A stretch of 64,000 nucleotides of DNA. Origin: Lama guanicoe (Eukaryota). The stretch covers positions 1,345,966-1,409,965 of the forward strand of contig MU053754.1 in the NCBI GenBank assembly GCA_013239625.1. The letters are read 5' to 3'. Shown here in pieces: positions 52,511 to 64,000 of the stretch (position 1 is its first letter; each line of letters starts with the position of its first letter). Under the pieces are notes generated by a model that searched no databases, was not told the DNA's origin, and saw only the letters and a list, made by a program, of their open reading frames with translations. Both the position numbers and the translations under genes were made by a program.

Positions 52511-54744
52511 CCATATAAACAAGGGGGAAAGGGTTCCTCTGGTCCCTCCAGTGAACTTTTTAGGGAACAGGGTCACCCAGGCTGATGAACAAAGTGCTTC
52601 CTCAGACAGGAGCATGGCGCTGCCAGCGGGTGTGACTAGAGGAGAACAATGCCTGGAGAACACTGCCCCTCTTCTCTAGAGTCACCGTCACCCAGGCATC
52701 CCTCTGAGCAGAAAGGAAGGACATTTGGAGCTGATGGTACAGGGTTGAGAGGAGGGGATGGAGTCTGCATTCCAGGCAGGCCAGGAGAGGAGACTGAGGA
52801 GGACCGGGCTAACACAGAAGGGACCAGTCAGCTGCAGGGATCTAAGCGTGGCACAGAGCCGCCTTCCAGGGAGCCCACTGAGTCAGAAAGGTGTGGCGAC
52901 ATGATCCAGGCTCAAGTGGGTTGGATCCACAGTCTTCACATCCAAGAATCACAGAGCATGAAGCTAACCCACAGAAAGCACTGGACGACACCCAGGTCCC
53001 AAGGCAAGGCTAGGTGTCCTCAGAGCCTTTTTGATGCTGTTATGGAATGCGGCCCAGGCCCAAGGATGAGTCAAAGATGACACTGAGGGAAACATGTGTT
53101 TGGGTGCTGGGCAGATGAGAGGGGCCTCACCTCACCTCACCTCCTTGCCTATCCCCTGGATGGCTGCCTCAAACTGTGTCCTCACTCGCTTCCTCCGGGA
53201 AGTCTGTTATTTGTCCACATGTCTAGACTGCAGCACACCACACCACGCACTGACCTACTGGAGTCCATTATCCTTCCATCAAGAGACCCCAGGAAACTCA
53301 AAGCAGAGGAAACAGAATATTACGGAGTCAGGGAGCCACTGGGACGTCTATTTCCACAGCCAAACACGTACAACTGACTTGTAAGGTAACTTTGCTTTCG
53401 TATCTGAGCTCAGTAGAATCAATTTGTTTTCTGGCCAGTTCCCTCTCCAAGATAAAAATGTAAGGTGCTTTCTAGTGATAACAAGTGAGCTGGTGATGCC
53501 CACATCCACTTGGGGGATGCCACGACATCACGTGGAGGCAAGAAGCAGAGCGAGGCCACTCCCTGCTTCCACTTGCATGCTGTTTCAAGCAAGTGCGACC
53601 CTCATGGACGGTGAGAGGAATCAGAAGACACAGAGACTGGAGCAGACGCAGAGACTGGCAGGAGCAGGAAGGAGACAGAGGAGGGCAGCTGGACAAGAGC
53701 TAATCTGGATGTCGGTACTGGTTACACAGGTGCAGACAGCTGTAAAGCAAACCACGCTGTACATGTATGATGAGGACACTGCATGCCCTTCTCTGTTCAT
53801 AAGGTATCACTTAAACAATTCAAGCTGCTCTCAAAACAATGTAAGATACAGAAAAGAAAAACAGGAAGCAAGCTGCTTTAAAGAAATCTTTTCTGACCTT
53901 AGAAACAGGCACAATACACTCGTTCTACATGTATCAGGAAGCAATACTAATCTTCTCAAGAGAATAACCCACGTATATTTCCCACTCTATGAGGCTGACA
54001 TTCTGCCTGGGCAAAAAGACTCTTGTAGCCTTGTGCACAGACTGGGCTCATAAAAGGTGAAAGGAGGCAGAGAAAATAGCCCCAGCCGCACAAGAACAAA
54101 GCGCCAGGGGCGGCTGCACGTGGGAACCACATCCTGCATGACAAACATCCTCTGGGTGTCAGGGGTGCTGGTCCCTGGGGACCAATGGACACCTGTCTCA
54201 AAAGCTCACCACTGGAGCGCCTCCAGCGCAGCAAGCAGCGCGGCAGAGACCGGCTTCAGCGCCCTGAACAGAGACTCGCCATGATGGGACCCACAAAGAC
54301 AGTGGCATTTCCCCAGCCATGTGCAACACAGTCAAGGAACCTAACTGGCACGTGTGGATCTACCGTCTCAAAATGCCTCAGCCAGAACTGGAGAGAAGGC
54401 ACCTGCAGCTCGTGAACACCACCAAGGGTGGTTCATTTGTTCGTTTTCAGGTGAACGTGGATTTCAGAAAACTGAGGGTAGGTGGGGTCACTGCTTTAGA
54501 TTGACTGGGGATCTGAACTTACGTGCAGAAGAGAGAGAGAAGTCTGCTATTGGTGCCAGTCTCTCCCAGGCTGGGCCCTGGGTGCCCCGAGGGTCCTCAG
54601 CGAGAAGTCACACCTGAGTTTCCACAGCATAACTGAATCAGTGTTGCACAAATGAGGGTGGGCCCTGGGTGCCTCACAGATCCTGGCATCTTCTTAGAAA
54701 GCTCCTCTCAACACCAGCAGGCAACCTGGGATCTGACCTGTCAG

Positions 54745-54915
54745 GCTGCTGGTCCTCGGACCTCGGCGAGCATCCGCATTACCTGGTGAGCTTGTTCAAA
54801 CCAGACCCTGGGCTCTATCTCAGAGCTCCTGATTCAGTGGCTTTGGAATCAAGCTAAAGAATCTGCAGCTCCAGTACCCTCCCAGGTGGTGGTGATGCTG
54901 GCCATCCTAGGGGCA
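54745..54915. mobile_element. MER5A/B-like MITE
   Basis: gcatccgcattacctggtgagcttgtt...ctgattcagtgg...aagaatctgca...cctcccaggtg...gatgctg. Confidence 0.7.
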
Positions 54916-55824
54916 TGCCAGAGTAGCTCAAGGTAGGGCTGGTCCGTCAGAACTGGATCTGTCCCTCTGAGAATTCACTCAGAGAGGCTACGACACCAGC
55001 CACCTTCGTTCAAAGGAACTGCACCTGGAGAACACTGGTGGTCACCACCACCAAACGGGCTTCTTTTCCTGGGGTCTGTACGACGTCTAGCACTAGTCTT
55101 GTTGGCATAGGCAGGTATGAGTAAGCTGCACCCAGGTAATTAGGTTGTTAAGTGACACTAAAGTCTGATATCTGTCTGAAAAACAGACGGCCTGGACAAC
55201 AAGATGCGTCTTTATGTCAATGCTTTTGAGTCTCGTGTTCTAACGTCTTTGTAATTTCATCTCTTTTTTTAAAGCTGAATATCTAGATTTAGGAATACCA
55301 ACATCTTCACTGTTTTGTTGTACATAGTTTCAGGGATAATAATGTCTCCAAGTTGGAAGTGAAACATGAACTGCATGGGATATTATCAGAAAACAACTTT
55401 CTCTGGTGAGGTCTTGCAGGCCACATGGTCTCCTCCCTGTTGGCTGGCAAAGATAAAGGTGAGCAAGCCAGAGAAGCAATAAAAGTATAAAATAGGCGTG
55501 GTAAGAAAACAAGGAAGTTGTTTACCACAAATATTGTCTGCTTGGAGCAAGCCTGGTGCTACATTCTAAAATCAGCCAGTACTGACAGGAGAAAATTCTA
55601 AATGTCAAGCAAATTCAAAGGAGGACAAGAAAATGGCTTTCAGAAAAGTATCACAGCATATACTGGAAAGGCATGAGGATAAAAATGAGAATTTCCTGCA
55701 AATTCAGCTGGCAACCCTACACCAACCCTGTAACCCACTGCCTCTTCCAGAGCTTCTTAGCTCATTCAGCCTGACCATGCATTTCCAGGGTCCTTCTCTG
55801 TTTATTTCCAGCTGGCCACAAACA

Positions 55825-56012
55825 CGGACTTCGGAGTCAAAATATCCCAGGTTTGACTCTCATCTGTGCCACTGATTCAGCTGTGTGACCTTGAGCAAAT
55901 CACTATCCTCTCCGAACTCTGTTTCTCTATTAAATGGCAATAGTAAGACCTACGTCCAGGAGTCTAGATTAAACCAAGTATTCAAATGCATAGAATGCAC
56001 TAAGGCTCAAAT
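55825..56012 (+). mobile_element. MIR SINE
   Basis: ggacttcggagtca...ctgtgccact...agctgtgtgaccttgagcaaatcact...ctctgtttc. Confidence 0.85.
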
Positions 56013-56018
56013 ATAGTT

Positions 56019-56490
56019 TTATTTTATCTCATTTTATGATAGTAAGAACACTTCACATGAAAGCTACCCTCTCGAAAAACTGTAAGTGTTCAACACAGTA
56101 TGGTCAACTGTACTAGGTAGCTTGTTGTAGAGCAAATCTCTAGAATTTATTCATCTTGCTTAACTGAAACTTTATGCCTATTGATTAAATCCCGCAATCC
56201 CACGACTGGGTTTTTATCCAAATGAACTGAAATCGGATCTCAAAGAGACATTAGCATTCCCACGTGCACTGCATTACTAGCACAATAGCCAAGACGTAAA
56301 AATAACCTAAATGCCCATCAACAGAAGAATGGATCAAGAAAAGGCGGTATATACGTACAACTACTGTAGGTGAATATTATTCCACCTTAAAAAGCAGTAA
56401 GTTCTGCCATAGGTGACAACATGGATGAATCTTCAGGACATTATGCTAAGTGAAGTAAGCCAGTCACAGAAGAACAAATATTGCATGATT
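56019..56490 (-). mobile_element. L1MA9-like insertion with 5' inversion
   Basis: 56019-56187 is the L1 3' terminus on minus; 56188-56490 is the upstream L1 segment on plus; flanks tcaaatatagtt / tcaaatacgtt resemble a TSD. Confidence 0.85.
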
Positions 56491-57162
56491 CAAATACGTT
56501 CACACCCTGGTCTCCCATTCTGCCTTTGTATACTCTCAGTGCTAAAATGATGTGATCTAAATTCCACAGTAGAGAATGAAGCAAACATGCCGCTCTACAA
56601 AAAAAATCACTCCTTTGCCAAAACTGCTTGTGATTATTATCCCTAATGGTTCCTAGGTGCAATTTTCCTTTGCTTTTCTCCTAACCCCCATTTCTGCCTG
56701 ACTGTCCTCCTTGCCTCAGAAATCCCCAGGCATGAAGTCCCATTTCTCTCACTGACCCCACTGACACCAACTACGATACAAGCCCATCAGAGCCACCAGG
56801 CAACATCACCAGCGTCTTCTAGCCAGCCTGTCCCCAGCTGCTGTGAGCATGTGCCGTGTCTGTGACAAGTCATGGAGCTACTGGTGTATGAGTGGAGCTC
56901 CTCCAGGTCTAAGAAAGATGTCCACATTCATAGGTGTTCTTACCATCAGCTTTTGATAACTGACAGAAGAAGCAGCCACGATCTGGAAGAGCTATGGATA
57001 CCGTCACCACTGACCCATCCGCCATGCATCCCCTGAGCTATGAAGTCATGCCTGGACACTGGTAAGTAGAAGAAACTCAGAGAACTACTGCTCCCACCTA
57101 CATTCTGCCTCACCCCCATCTCCTAACCTGGCCATCCACACTGACCCTTTCTGTCCTATTAC

Positions 57163-57296
57163 CAGTAAGCTTGAAAAGGGCGATCCTAACTCCAAGCTTT
57201 CTGTTAACAAATTTTTCAAGCTCTAAATCTGCACTGTCTAATTCTGGATCAATAAATGTTGAATGAGGACGTAAATCTTGGGGGAAAATCATGGCG
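57163..57296 (-). CDS. Candidate 134-nt exon, AMIFPQDLRPHSTFIDPELDSADLELEKFVNRKLGVRIALFKLT+G (ends phase 1)
   Basis: Minus strand TTAATCCTTGCATTGTTATTACAG|CGCCATGATT...CTTACTG|GTAATA. One open frame, protein-like composition; the ATG at 57292-57290 has GCC upstream and could be a start codon. Confidence 0.45.
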
Positions 57297-58044
57297 CTGT
57301 AATAACAATGCAAGGATTAAAGATTCATAAATAAGAAAAAATCCATTTGCTACTCTCAAAAAGAGTTCTTGATACACACTAAAACTTTCATTTGAATCAG
57401 CCTCATTGAATGCCAAATTATATTGGAAGATCAGAAATATATGAACGCCCTTCACAATACTGATACATCTTTATCTCATTTACCAACAGGGCACATTATC
57501 AAAGCCTGGACACTACTGTTTTCAGTTGGCCACACCAACTTCTGCCACCAGGTTGCCTACTCCTTCTCAATTCTACACCATAAGAGTTTAATATAAAAAT
57601 TATTAGTAAATAAAATAGTCCAAAAGCGGGAACCACGCTGAAGAGGCTGGCTTTGCCTGTTCTCTGAGGCTCCCACATCCCTACACTGCCATCTCTTACC
57701 CACCGGCTATGTTCCTGGCGTGGGAGCCTGCTGCAACCCGCATGCAGTCAGGTAGAGCTGCTGACTCACTGTTACATATTCTAAATCATGTGCCACCTAG
57801 TATTCCCATTATTTGCCATAAGGTAACCATCTAGGTTCCTCAGTGTAAGGAAATAAGCGGGAATACAGTGACTATCAATTTTTGGTAAACACTCCCAAGG
57901 ATAAGTGTCCCTGAGAGTGGAGTTTATTTCTTAGCATGTTAAGCTTTGGGATGTAAATTCCTTAGCATGCTAACCTTCAGAAAATCAGGGCACTCAATTG
58001 AGTTTAAAGAAAGATAAAACCGAACACATCATTTTAAGAGACAG

Positions 58045-58128
58045 AAATTAAATATTTGGTCTTGATTCCTAAATTAAATATTTGGTCTTGACTCCTAAAT
58101 TATATACTTGGTCTTGACTCCTAAATTA
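58045..58128. repeat. 26-bp minisatellite, ~3.2 copies
   Basis: aaattaaatatttggtcttga(t/c)tcct starting at 58045, 58071 and 58097. Confidence 0.95.
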
Positions 58129-59059
58129 TCACAAAATGCCGAAAAGCATAAAAATAGTTTCAAAAGAAGGCTTTTAGTGAGCATGCTCAGTGCTTCTAAA
58201 GGTACAATCCTATTTACGATTTATGGATGATGGATGATGAGCTAGGACTCAAATCCCAGTCTTCTGACTTTAAAGCTAGTAAATCATTCTGACAGTAAAA
58301 ACCATCTGTATCACAGCAGAACTCACATCCTGGGTTGCAACCCATCAAGTTTCCTCTGCATGGTCAGCACCATAAAGAATGCGGACAAGTGCACTCCGAT
58401 GGGCACCTAGTGGGCAGTGCATGCATGCTTGTCTCTTGTGCGTCTCAAGAGCCCTACTGAGTGTAAGACCCCTAAAGGAGACTAGTGGAATTCCATAGCA
58501 AAGAAGGGGCTCACCCCATTCAAGAGAAGGAAAGGTGAGGCTCCTGAGACCCACAGGGTGCAGTTGAAGGAGGCTGTATGGGACTGGTCTACAGAGCACA
58601 CTCACAAATCATCACTTCCTTTAAAATGTGTATGTGTGTGTGTGTGTCTTACACACAGAGAGAGCAAGAGCAGGGCTTGGCCTTTCCAGCTTTTCTGTCT
58701 GTCTTCCGCAGAAATGCTCTTCTCAAATTCTATGTGTTCACAGTTTAACTTAAAATTGCCCTATCTTCTGCATGGAGCCTTTCTTGGTGAATGGTACCAG
58801 CATCTACACAGCCGGGTATCTTCTTAGACTCCAGTTTGTTCTCCCTCTGAAGGAGAATATTCCAATCCATCCTCCAAGGTCGAGGTGACATAACCAGCAT
58901 TGCATGAATCCTCCCCTGGTTCCCCTACTAGTGGGGAGTTCTCCATTCTCTGGGATTCCATAGCAGCATGCAAACTTAATACAGGGCGTCTTGTGCTGTG
59001 AGTACCTGCATGCCTGTCATCTCCCCTTCTGAAGAGCAGTCTCCTTTAGATAACTTTTA

Positions 59060-59290
59060 GTAGAAGAGCATGAGAATGTAAAAAGAGCAAAAGCTTTGGA
59101 AGCAGGCAAACCTGGGTTCAGACTGGACTCCTCACACCTGTTATCTGACTTGTGCTACGTATGTAAATTTCCTGGGCCGTGCTTCCTTTGTCTGTGGTGT
59201 AACGACAGTCTGGCCAGCATTCAGGACGGTGCTCCACTTCCCCAGATGCAGACACCTTGCACTCAGTAAACAGTAACACGATAATAAAGA
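59060..59290 (+). mobile_element. MIR SINE relic
   Basis: gctttggaagcaggcaaacctgggttcaga...gcactcagtaaa. Confidence 0.65.
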
Positions 59291-59564
59291 AATAAGTAGG
59301 CATGTATTTTAGCTTTTCTCCCTAACTCATGAAAGGGAACACAACCACTTGATTCCAAAACCAAAGAAGAGCTCAGTGACTAGCAGATGGAAAGAGAATG
59401 GCGGAGGTCCCTGAAGAGTGGAGGCGACAGTCCGACAGAGAACAGGGGAAGACGTCTGAGCAGCAAAATCCACCTCCATCCAGCTCTGGATTCCAAGGAA
59501 CAAAACCAGAGAGTTAACAGCTGGTGGAAAGTGGTAAACAGGAACAGAGTATCCACACAGGCTA

Positions 59565-59900
59565 TAACATGGCTGAAGCTGTACAACATTATGATCAGTG
59601 AAAGGAGCGAGCCCCAGAAGTCCACATGTTGTGTGATCCCACTTACAGGAATGTCCAAAATAGGCGAGTCCAAGGGGTAGGAAGTTGACTAGTGGTTTCC
59701 TAGGGCTGAGGCAGGGGGACACAGGTTAACTGTCCACTGGCAAGAGCAGTAGTATTCGGGTGATGGGCATATTTTCAACAGAACTGTAGCAATGGCTGCA
59801 CAACTCAGCAAATTGACTGAAACATCATTGAATAACACACCAAATTTGGGTAAATGTAAATGGTGTGCAAATTATACCTGAAAAAAAAGTTGTTAAAGAA
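59565..59900 (+). mobile_element. Old L1 (L1MB/MC/ME-like) 3' UTR
   Basis: aacattatgatcagtgaaaggagc, ggaatgtccaaaataggc, ctagtggtttcctagggctg, atggctgcacaactc, aattatacctg. Confidence 0.8.
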
Positions 59901-60689
59901 CACAAATACAAAAAAAGAAGTCTTGCGAACCATCTCACCACTCCTAAGATACATACGGGTTTGCGCCATATGTATACCTGCTCACTTAGCCCCAGAACGT
60001 TTTCAGCAATGAAAGTGGGTGATAACATGGTAAGGTGACACTTTGAATTTGCAACAAAAAACAAACTCACTTTACACCAGAGCTAACAATCCTCACACCG
60101 ACGTCCACCCCCAGCATTCCAATGCCAGCCTTGCTGGCAAGGTCAGTTTTGGTTATGTGTGTCCTTCCTCCTCTTTCAAGTTCTGTTCTCGCTCCTGTCA
60201 TGAAATCCCGGCTCCACAGACCTTCTCCTTCCTCCCTGGCACTCCTCTTTTGTCTCCTGCATGCACTCTTCATCCTTCCCCAATCCCTTCAGTGCCGGTA
60301 ATTTCGAGCATCCCGTCTCTACCCTCTTTTCTTGTCCTTCTGGGTACTTTCCATAAGGGTTCTCATCCATTCTATGTGCTGGTAGCTCTCAGGTACATAC
60401 CCCATCCAAGTCTCTTATGGAGCCACAGGACCAGAAATCACAACCATACCATCAGTGTGTTCATGTCAAATTTATTACACCCAGAAACAAACTCAAAACA
60501 CAGGTGTTAAAACGACATCACCATCCACACTGGGTCTGCAGTCAAGCTCCTGTTCATCCCTCATTCCTCATTCAGTTACTCAGCAAACCACATTCACCTC
60601 CGGGCACACTGTGCCTGGTACCAAGAAAATCCTCCCTTCCACCTAGGATCTCACATTTTAGTCTAGGTACCCTACAATCCACATTTAGA

Positions 60690-61225
60690 TGAGGGATCTG
60701 TCCAAAACATCAGTCCGATCATGCAGTTCCCCAGCTCCAAATATTTAATCACTTACCACCATTTGCCAGTTCCTTCACTAATTTCCCCTTTGCTTTTCCC
60801 AGGGTACATCCTGCTATCTACCCACAAGCACCCTTCTTCAGCCTTTCTGGGCTATTTGCAGTTTCCCTAAGGCACCAGGTCCCTGAGTGCATTTGCATGA
60901 GTTATTTGAGACGCCCTGACAACCTAACGCGATTGCCAGGCTAATTCCTCCCACTCCACGAGGACCCACTCAGCACCACTTCTCCCTGTGTCTTGTCTGA
61001 CACCCCAAAGCTGGATTTGACTCCTGGTGCGCCTGCAGCCTCCAGCACCTTGTGCATTCCTCCTGGCTCTGTTTTTATTGCCTATTCGTTTCTCTGACTC
61101 ATTCACCAGGTTGTGAGTGACACCTTCGAGGCAAGTACTGAGTCTGTCTTCTTTGTACCTTTGGTGCTTAAAGCAATGCCTTCCCACACTAGGCACTCAG
61201 TAAATATTTATTAAAGAAATGAATG
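60690..61225 (+). mobile_element. L2 3' end
   Basis: Ends taggcactcagtaaatatttattaaagaaatgaatg, a canonical L2 terminus. Confidence 0.8.
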
Positions 61226-62023
61226 CCCAGAAGCACCAAAACCAAATAAACTGCTATTTGCTTTTTTTTCTGTCTCTCTTAGGTGTTGCCTTTCACATAA
61301 TTACAGATTATGGTATCATTCTGAGTTATAGCTCCACCAAAACACACTGGCTGTATCTTTTTGCTCTTCCATCATGTCAGCCCTCGAATGTATTTCCTCA
61401 TTTCTATCTCTTTCCTACGAGCGCTCTCCAAATTGTCTTTCAGCTACTAAAGGATCTAAAACATTCATCATGATATCTCTTTTAATCTCACTGATTTCTT
61501 TCTACAAGGTATGGTAGCCTTGAAGCAGACCACTAAACCATCCCAGCATATAACATTTTAGTTACTTTTCACTGACATAATTGAAAATAATAGTAACCCA
61601 AACTGATCGTAATTCTCAAAATTTAGGAGCACAGACAGCTTTATTTACCCCTTTGTGATTATCCTGACAAGAATCTGTGTAACTAATTGGATAGCATTTA
61701 CATAGAATAAAAATATAAATAGAAGTAACATGTTTTAACCTAGCACAACAAATAACTAGGGGTTTAATCAGAAATCAGATATCAGAGCTGAGTGAGAAAA
61801 AGAAAACTAATTTCAATGCTCATTTTTTTTAAGAAATAAGGTAAGATCCCCTTAAAATTACATTTCTTAGAGGGCAGTACATATTCTGATTGTCTTGCCT
61901 TGATAAATGCTGAATCTCAGTGGACTTTTTTGTTGCTGTTCTTCATTGTTTCTAGAGAATTAACAACCACCAACCCTTTTCCCTCAGTAGGAGAAAGTAC
62001 AGGTTTCTCACAGCCTCAGGGTC

Positions 62024-62545
62024 TGTGTTTGGATGGGAACATGCTGTGATGAGAAAGCAGCTTAAACAGGAAGGGTTTATTTCTCTCACAAAACCAGACG
62101 TCAGGAGGTGGGCAGCCAAGAGCTGGAGCATCCACTCACTGCGGCCTTCAGGGACCTGTGCTCTCTCGGTATCTGGCCCTCTGCCCTCAGCATTCAGCTC
62201 TGTGTCTGAAGGCTGTGGCCTTCTGGTCACAATGGCTGATGCCCATCCAGGCATCCGTGCATGAGGAAGGGGGAAGGACGCTCCGTGAACTTGTTCTTTC
62301 TAACAGCACAGTCCAGGCTTTCCAGGACCCCAGCTGGCAGACAGCCACTCTCATGGGCAGAACTATCATATCACAACCCGACTTTTGATTTTTTGATTCA
62401 TAGTCAACTGATGGGAAACCTAATCATGGTAGTGATGGCCCATCACATTCAAACGCCCTGCCCAGGGTCAAGGCAGGGCATTACACAAAGTAACCATATA
62501 CCTAGGGGTGGGCATCTCGGGACCAGCTTACAATTCTGCTCACCA
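62024..62545 (-). mobile_element. MLT1-family LTR sequence (possibly two fragments)
   Basis: gcttaaacagga.gggtttatttctctcaca, ggaggtgggcagcca, ggtcacaatggctg; ends aattctgctcacca. Confidence 0.7.
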
Positions 62546-62914
62546 AGTCTCCACTTTCTTCTAACCACCACAACATACAAAGAGGAAACACATAAGTTTG
62601 GCTCCAAGCCCTTCAGTGTTCTAAGCAGAAATTTGAAGTCACAAGCAACGCATTACAGATCCCTCCAGATAACGTCACCCGGGTCCACAGGAATCAGCAG
62701 AAGTGGGGCACTACGGCGGGTGAAGAAGCTCTGGCGGAGTCTGTTCCAGCCCTTCCCAGCAGCATTCCACAGAACACTGAATCCTACAGAGTCAGTTGTC
62801 AGTTGTCACACTGATAAGAGAGAGAATAAAGGAAGAAAAGAAGGAAAGAAGGGGGATGAAGGAAGGACTGAAAATAAATTTTAAAAATCCTTCCTAAACA
62901 GTAACATCTCCTCT

Positions 62915-63115
62915 CTCTATTTATTAAACACATGTTTAAAGACAAGCTATTGGGCCAAGAACTGGGTCAGGTGCTGGGGTTATGAGCTGGGCAAGTGAGA
63001 CCTACGACATGCCCTTGTGGAGGTGACTTTATAATGAGAAACATGCCCACCTCCCAGAAAAGTAAACCAGTAAATTAAATGCCTACAAATTGAAATATGC
63101 TCTATAAAAGAAACA
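62915..63115 (-). mobile_element. L2 3' relic
   Basis: tttattaaacacatgttt...gggccaagaactgggtcaggtgctgggg...tgcccttgtggag...atatgctctataaaag. Confidence 0.6.
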
Positions 63116-64000
63116 ATGTTCAGAAACTGCTACAAAAGAAAACTCGTTCATCTTTTCCCTTGACGTGCCATGTACTTGAGTTAACAGGCACCATGTCTCA
63201 GCCTTATCTGGAGGGATTTATGTTTTGCAGAAGGCAGCTTCTGATACTGCTCTATGCTACGTCAAACCTGGATTAAGATCACCAGTTACTAACTGTACGT
63301 GGGCAGCCCGAGACATTCAGCAAGGATCTTAAACCAAGCCATCTTTTCCTTCAGCAGCTGGTAACAAGTCTGCAAGTGTCTGAGCACACACCTTATCAGA
63401 CAAGGTTGACTTTTTAGCAGATACCAATGCGTCCCTGTGGGGGGAGCTCAGATGTATTTTTATGTCCCCCTGATAGGGAGTTCTGTCTCGCTAAACTTCA
63501 CTTCTGAGCAATGGCCGTCTACTCACCATCATCCATGCACGAGTCCAGACAGGTCTATTTTATTTTCTGTTCTTCCCTCTTAAATCAAGTACTCCTTCCT
63601 GGGTATGGAAACGACATTCTTAGGAGCAAGAACCCGACTTCTGTTCTCCTCTAGCATGGAGACAATTGCACGGGCAGCACGCAGATCTCACACCCATCAT
63701 AGTGAGAAAGTGAGCGTCACACAAGCACATGTGACACACATCTTGATGTGTGACATTTCCCCGGCAGAAGGCCCGTTCACCTTCAGTATCCAAACTTCAA
63801 GGAATGTCCTCATTTACCAAGGCTACATTTTCATTACATTTCAGGCTCCCTGTTGGCATTTTCACACAGATCTTTGATTTTGCAAGAGCAGAACACTGGT
63901 GCTCAGTGGCAGGCTACTCCAAGTGTCTCAGCCCCACTTAACCCACAGGTGAAGGGTCCCACAGCCCTTGTGAGTACCCTCGGAAGATGCACCTGGAGAA

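Noticed and set aside
53424..54053. 209-aa plus-strand ORF
   Set aside because: Starts at TTG, has no recognisable motif or splice support; treated as a chance ORF.
62261..62884. 207-aa plus-strand ORF
   Set aside because: Runs through MLT1 LTR sequence and has no protein-like features.
63527..63650. Minus-strand exon ending at a strong donor (GATG|GTGAGT)
   Set aside because: The frames I traced from nearby acceptors hit stops. It could be a non-coding 5' exon, but there is no supporting evidence.

Overview
Mammalian non-coding DNA, roughly half interspersed repeats. Three tRNA-Ala-derived SINEs of Vic-1 type and the young L1 3' ends point to a camelid (alpaca/llama/camel); this is inferred, not proven. 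The window looks like the interior of a long-intron gene transcribed on the minus strand. I found a phase-compatible chain of candidate exons (57163-57296, optional 24-nt microexon 29361-29384, 21434-21510, 10687-10752, 6058-6085, possibly 2043-2093) but do not recognise the peptide, so no gene symbol is given and confidence is modest. The best-supported signals are retrotransposition footprints: nested insertions with target-site duplications (TSDs), a twin-priming L1 inversion, two L1s with short 3'-transduction-like tags, an ERV1-type solo LTR inside an L1 inside an older L1, and several short minisatellites. There is no CRISPR array, rRNA, bona fide tRNA or intact retroelement ORF. I see no convincing previously undescribed biological system. 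Repeat subfamily names come from recalled consensus similarity and need RepeatMasker/Dfam confirmation; boundaries without TSDs are approximate.
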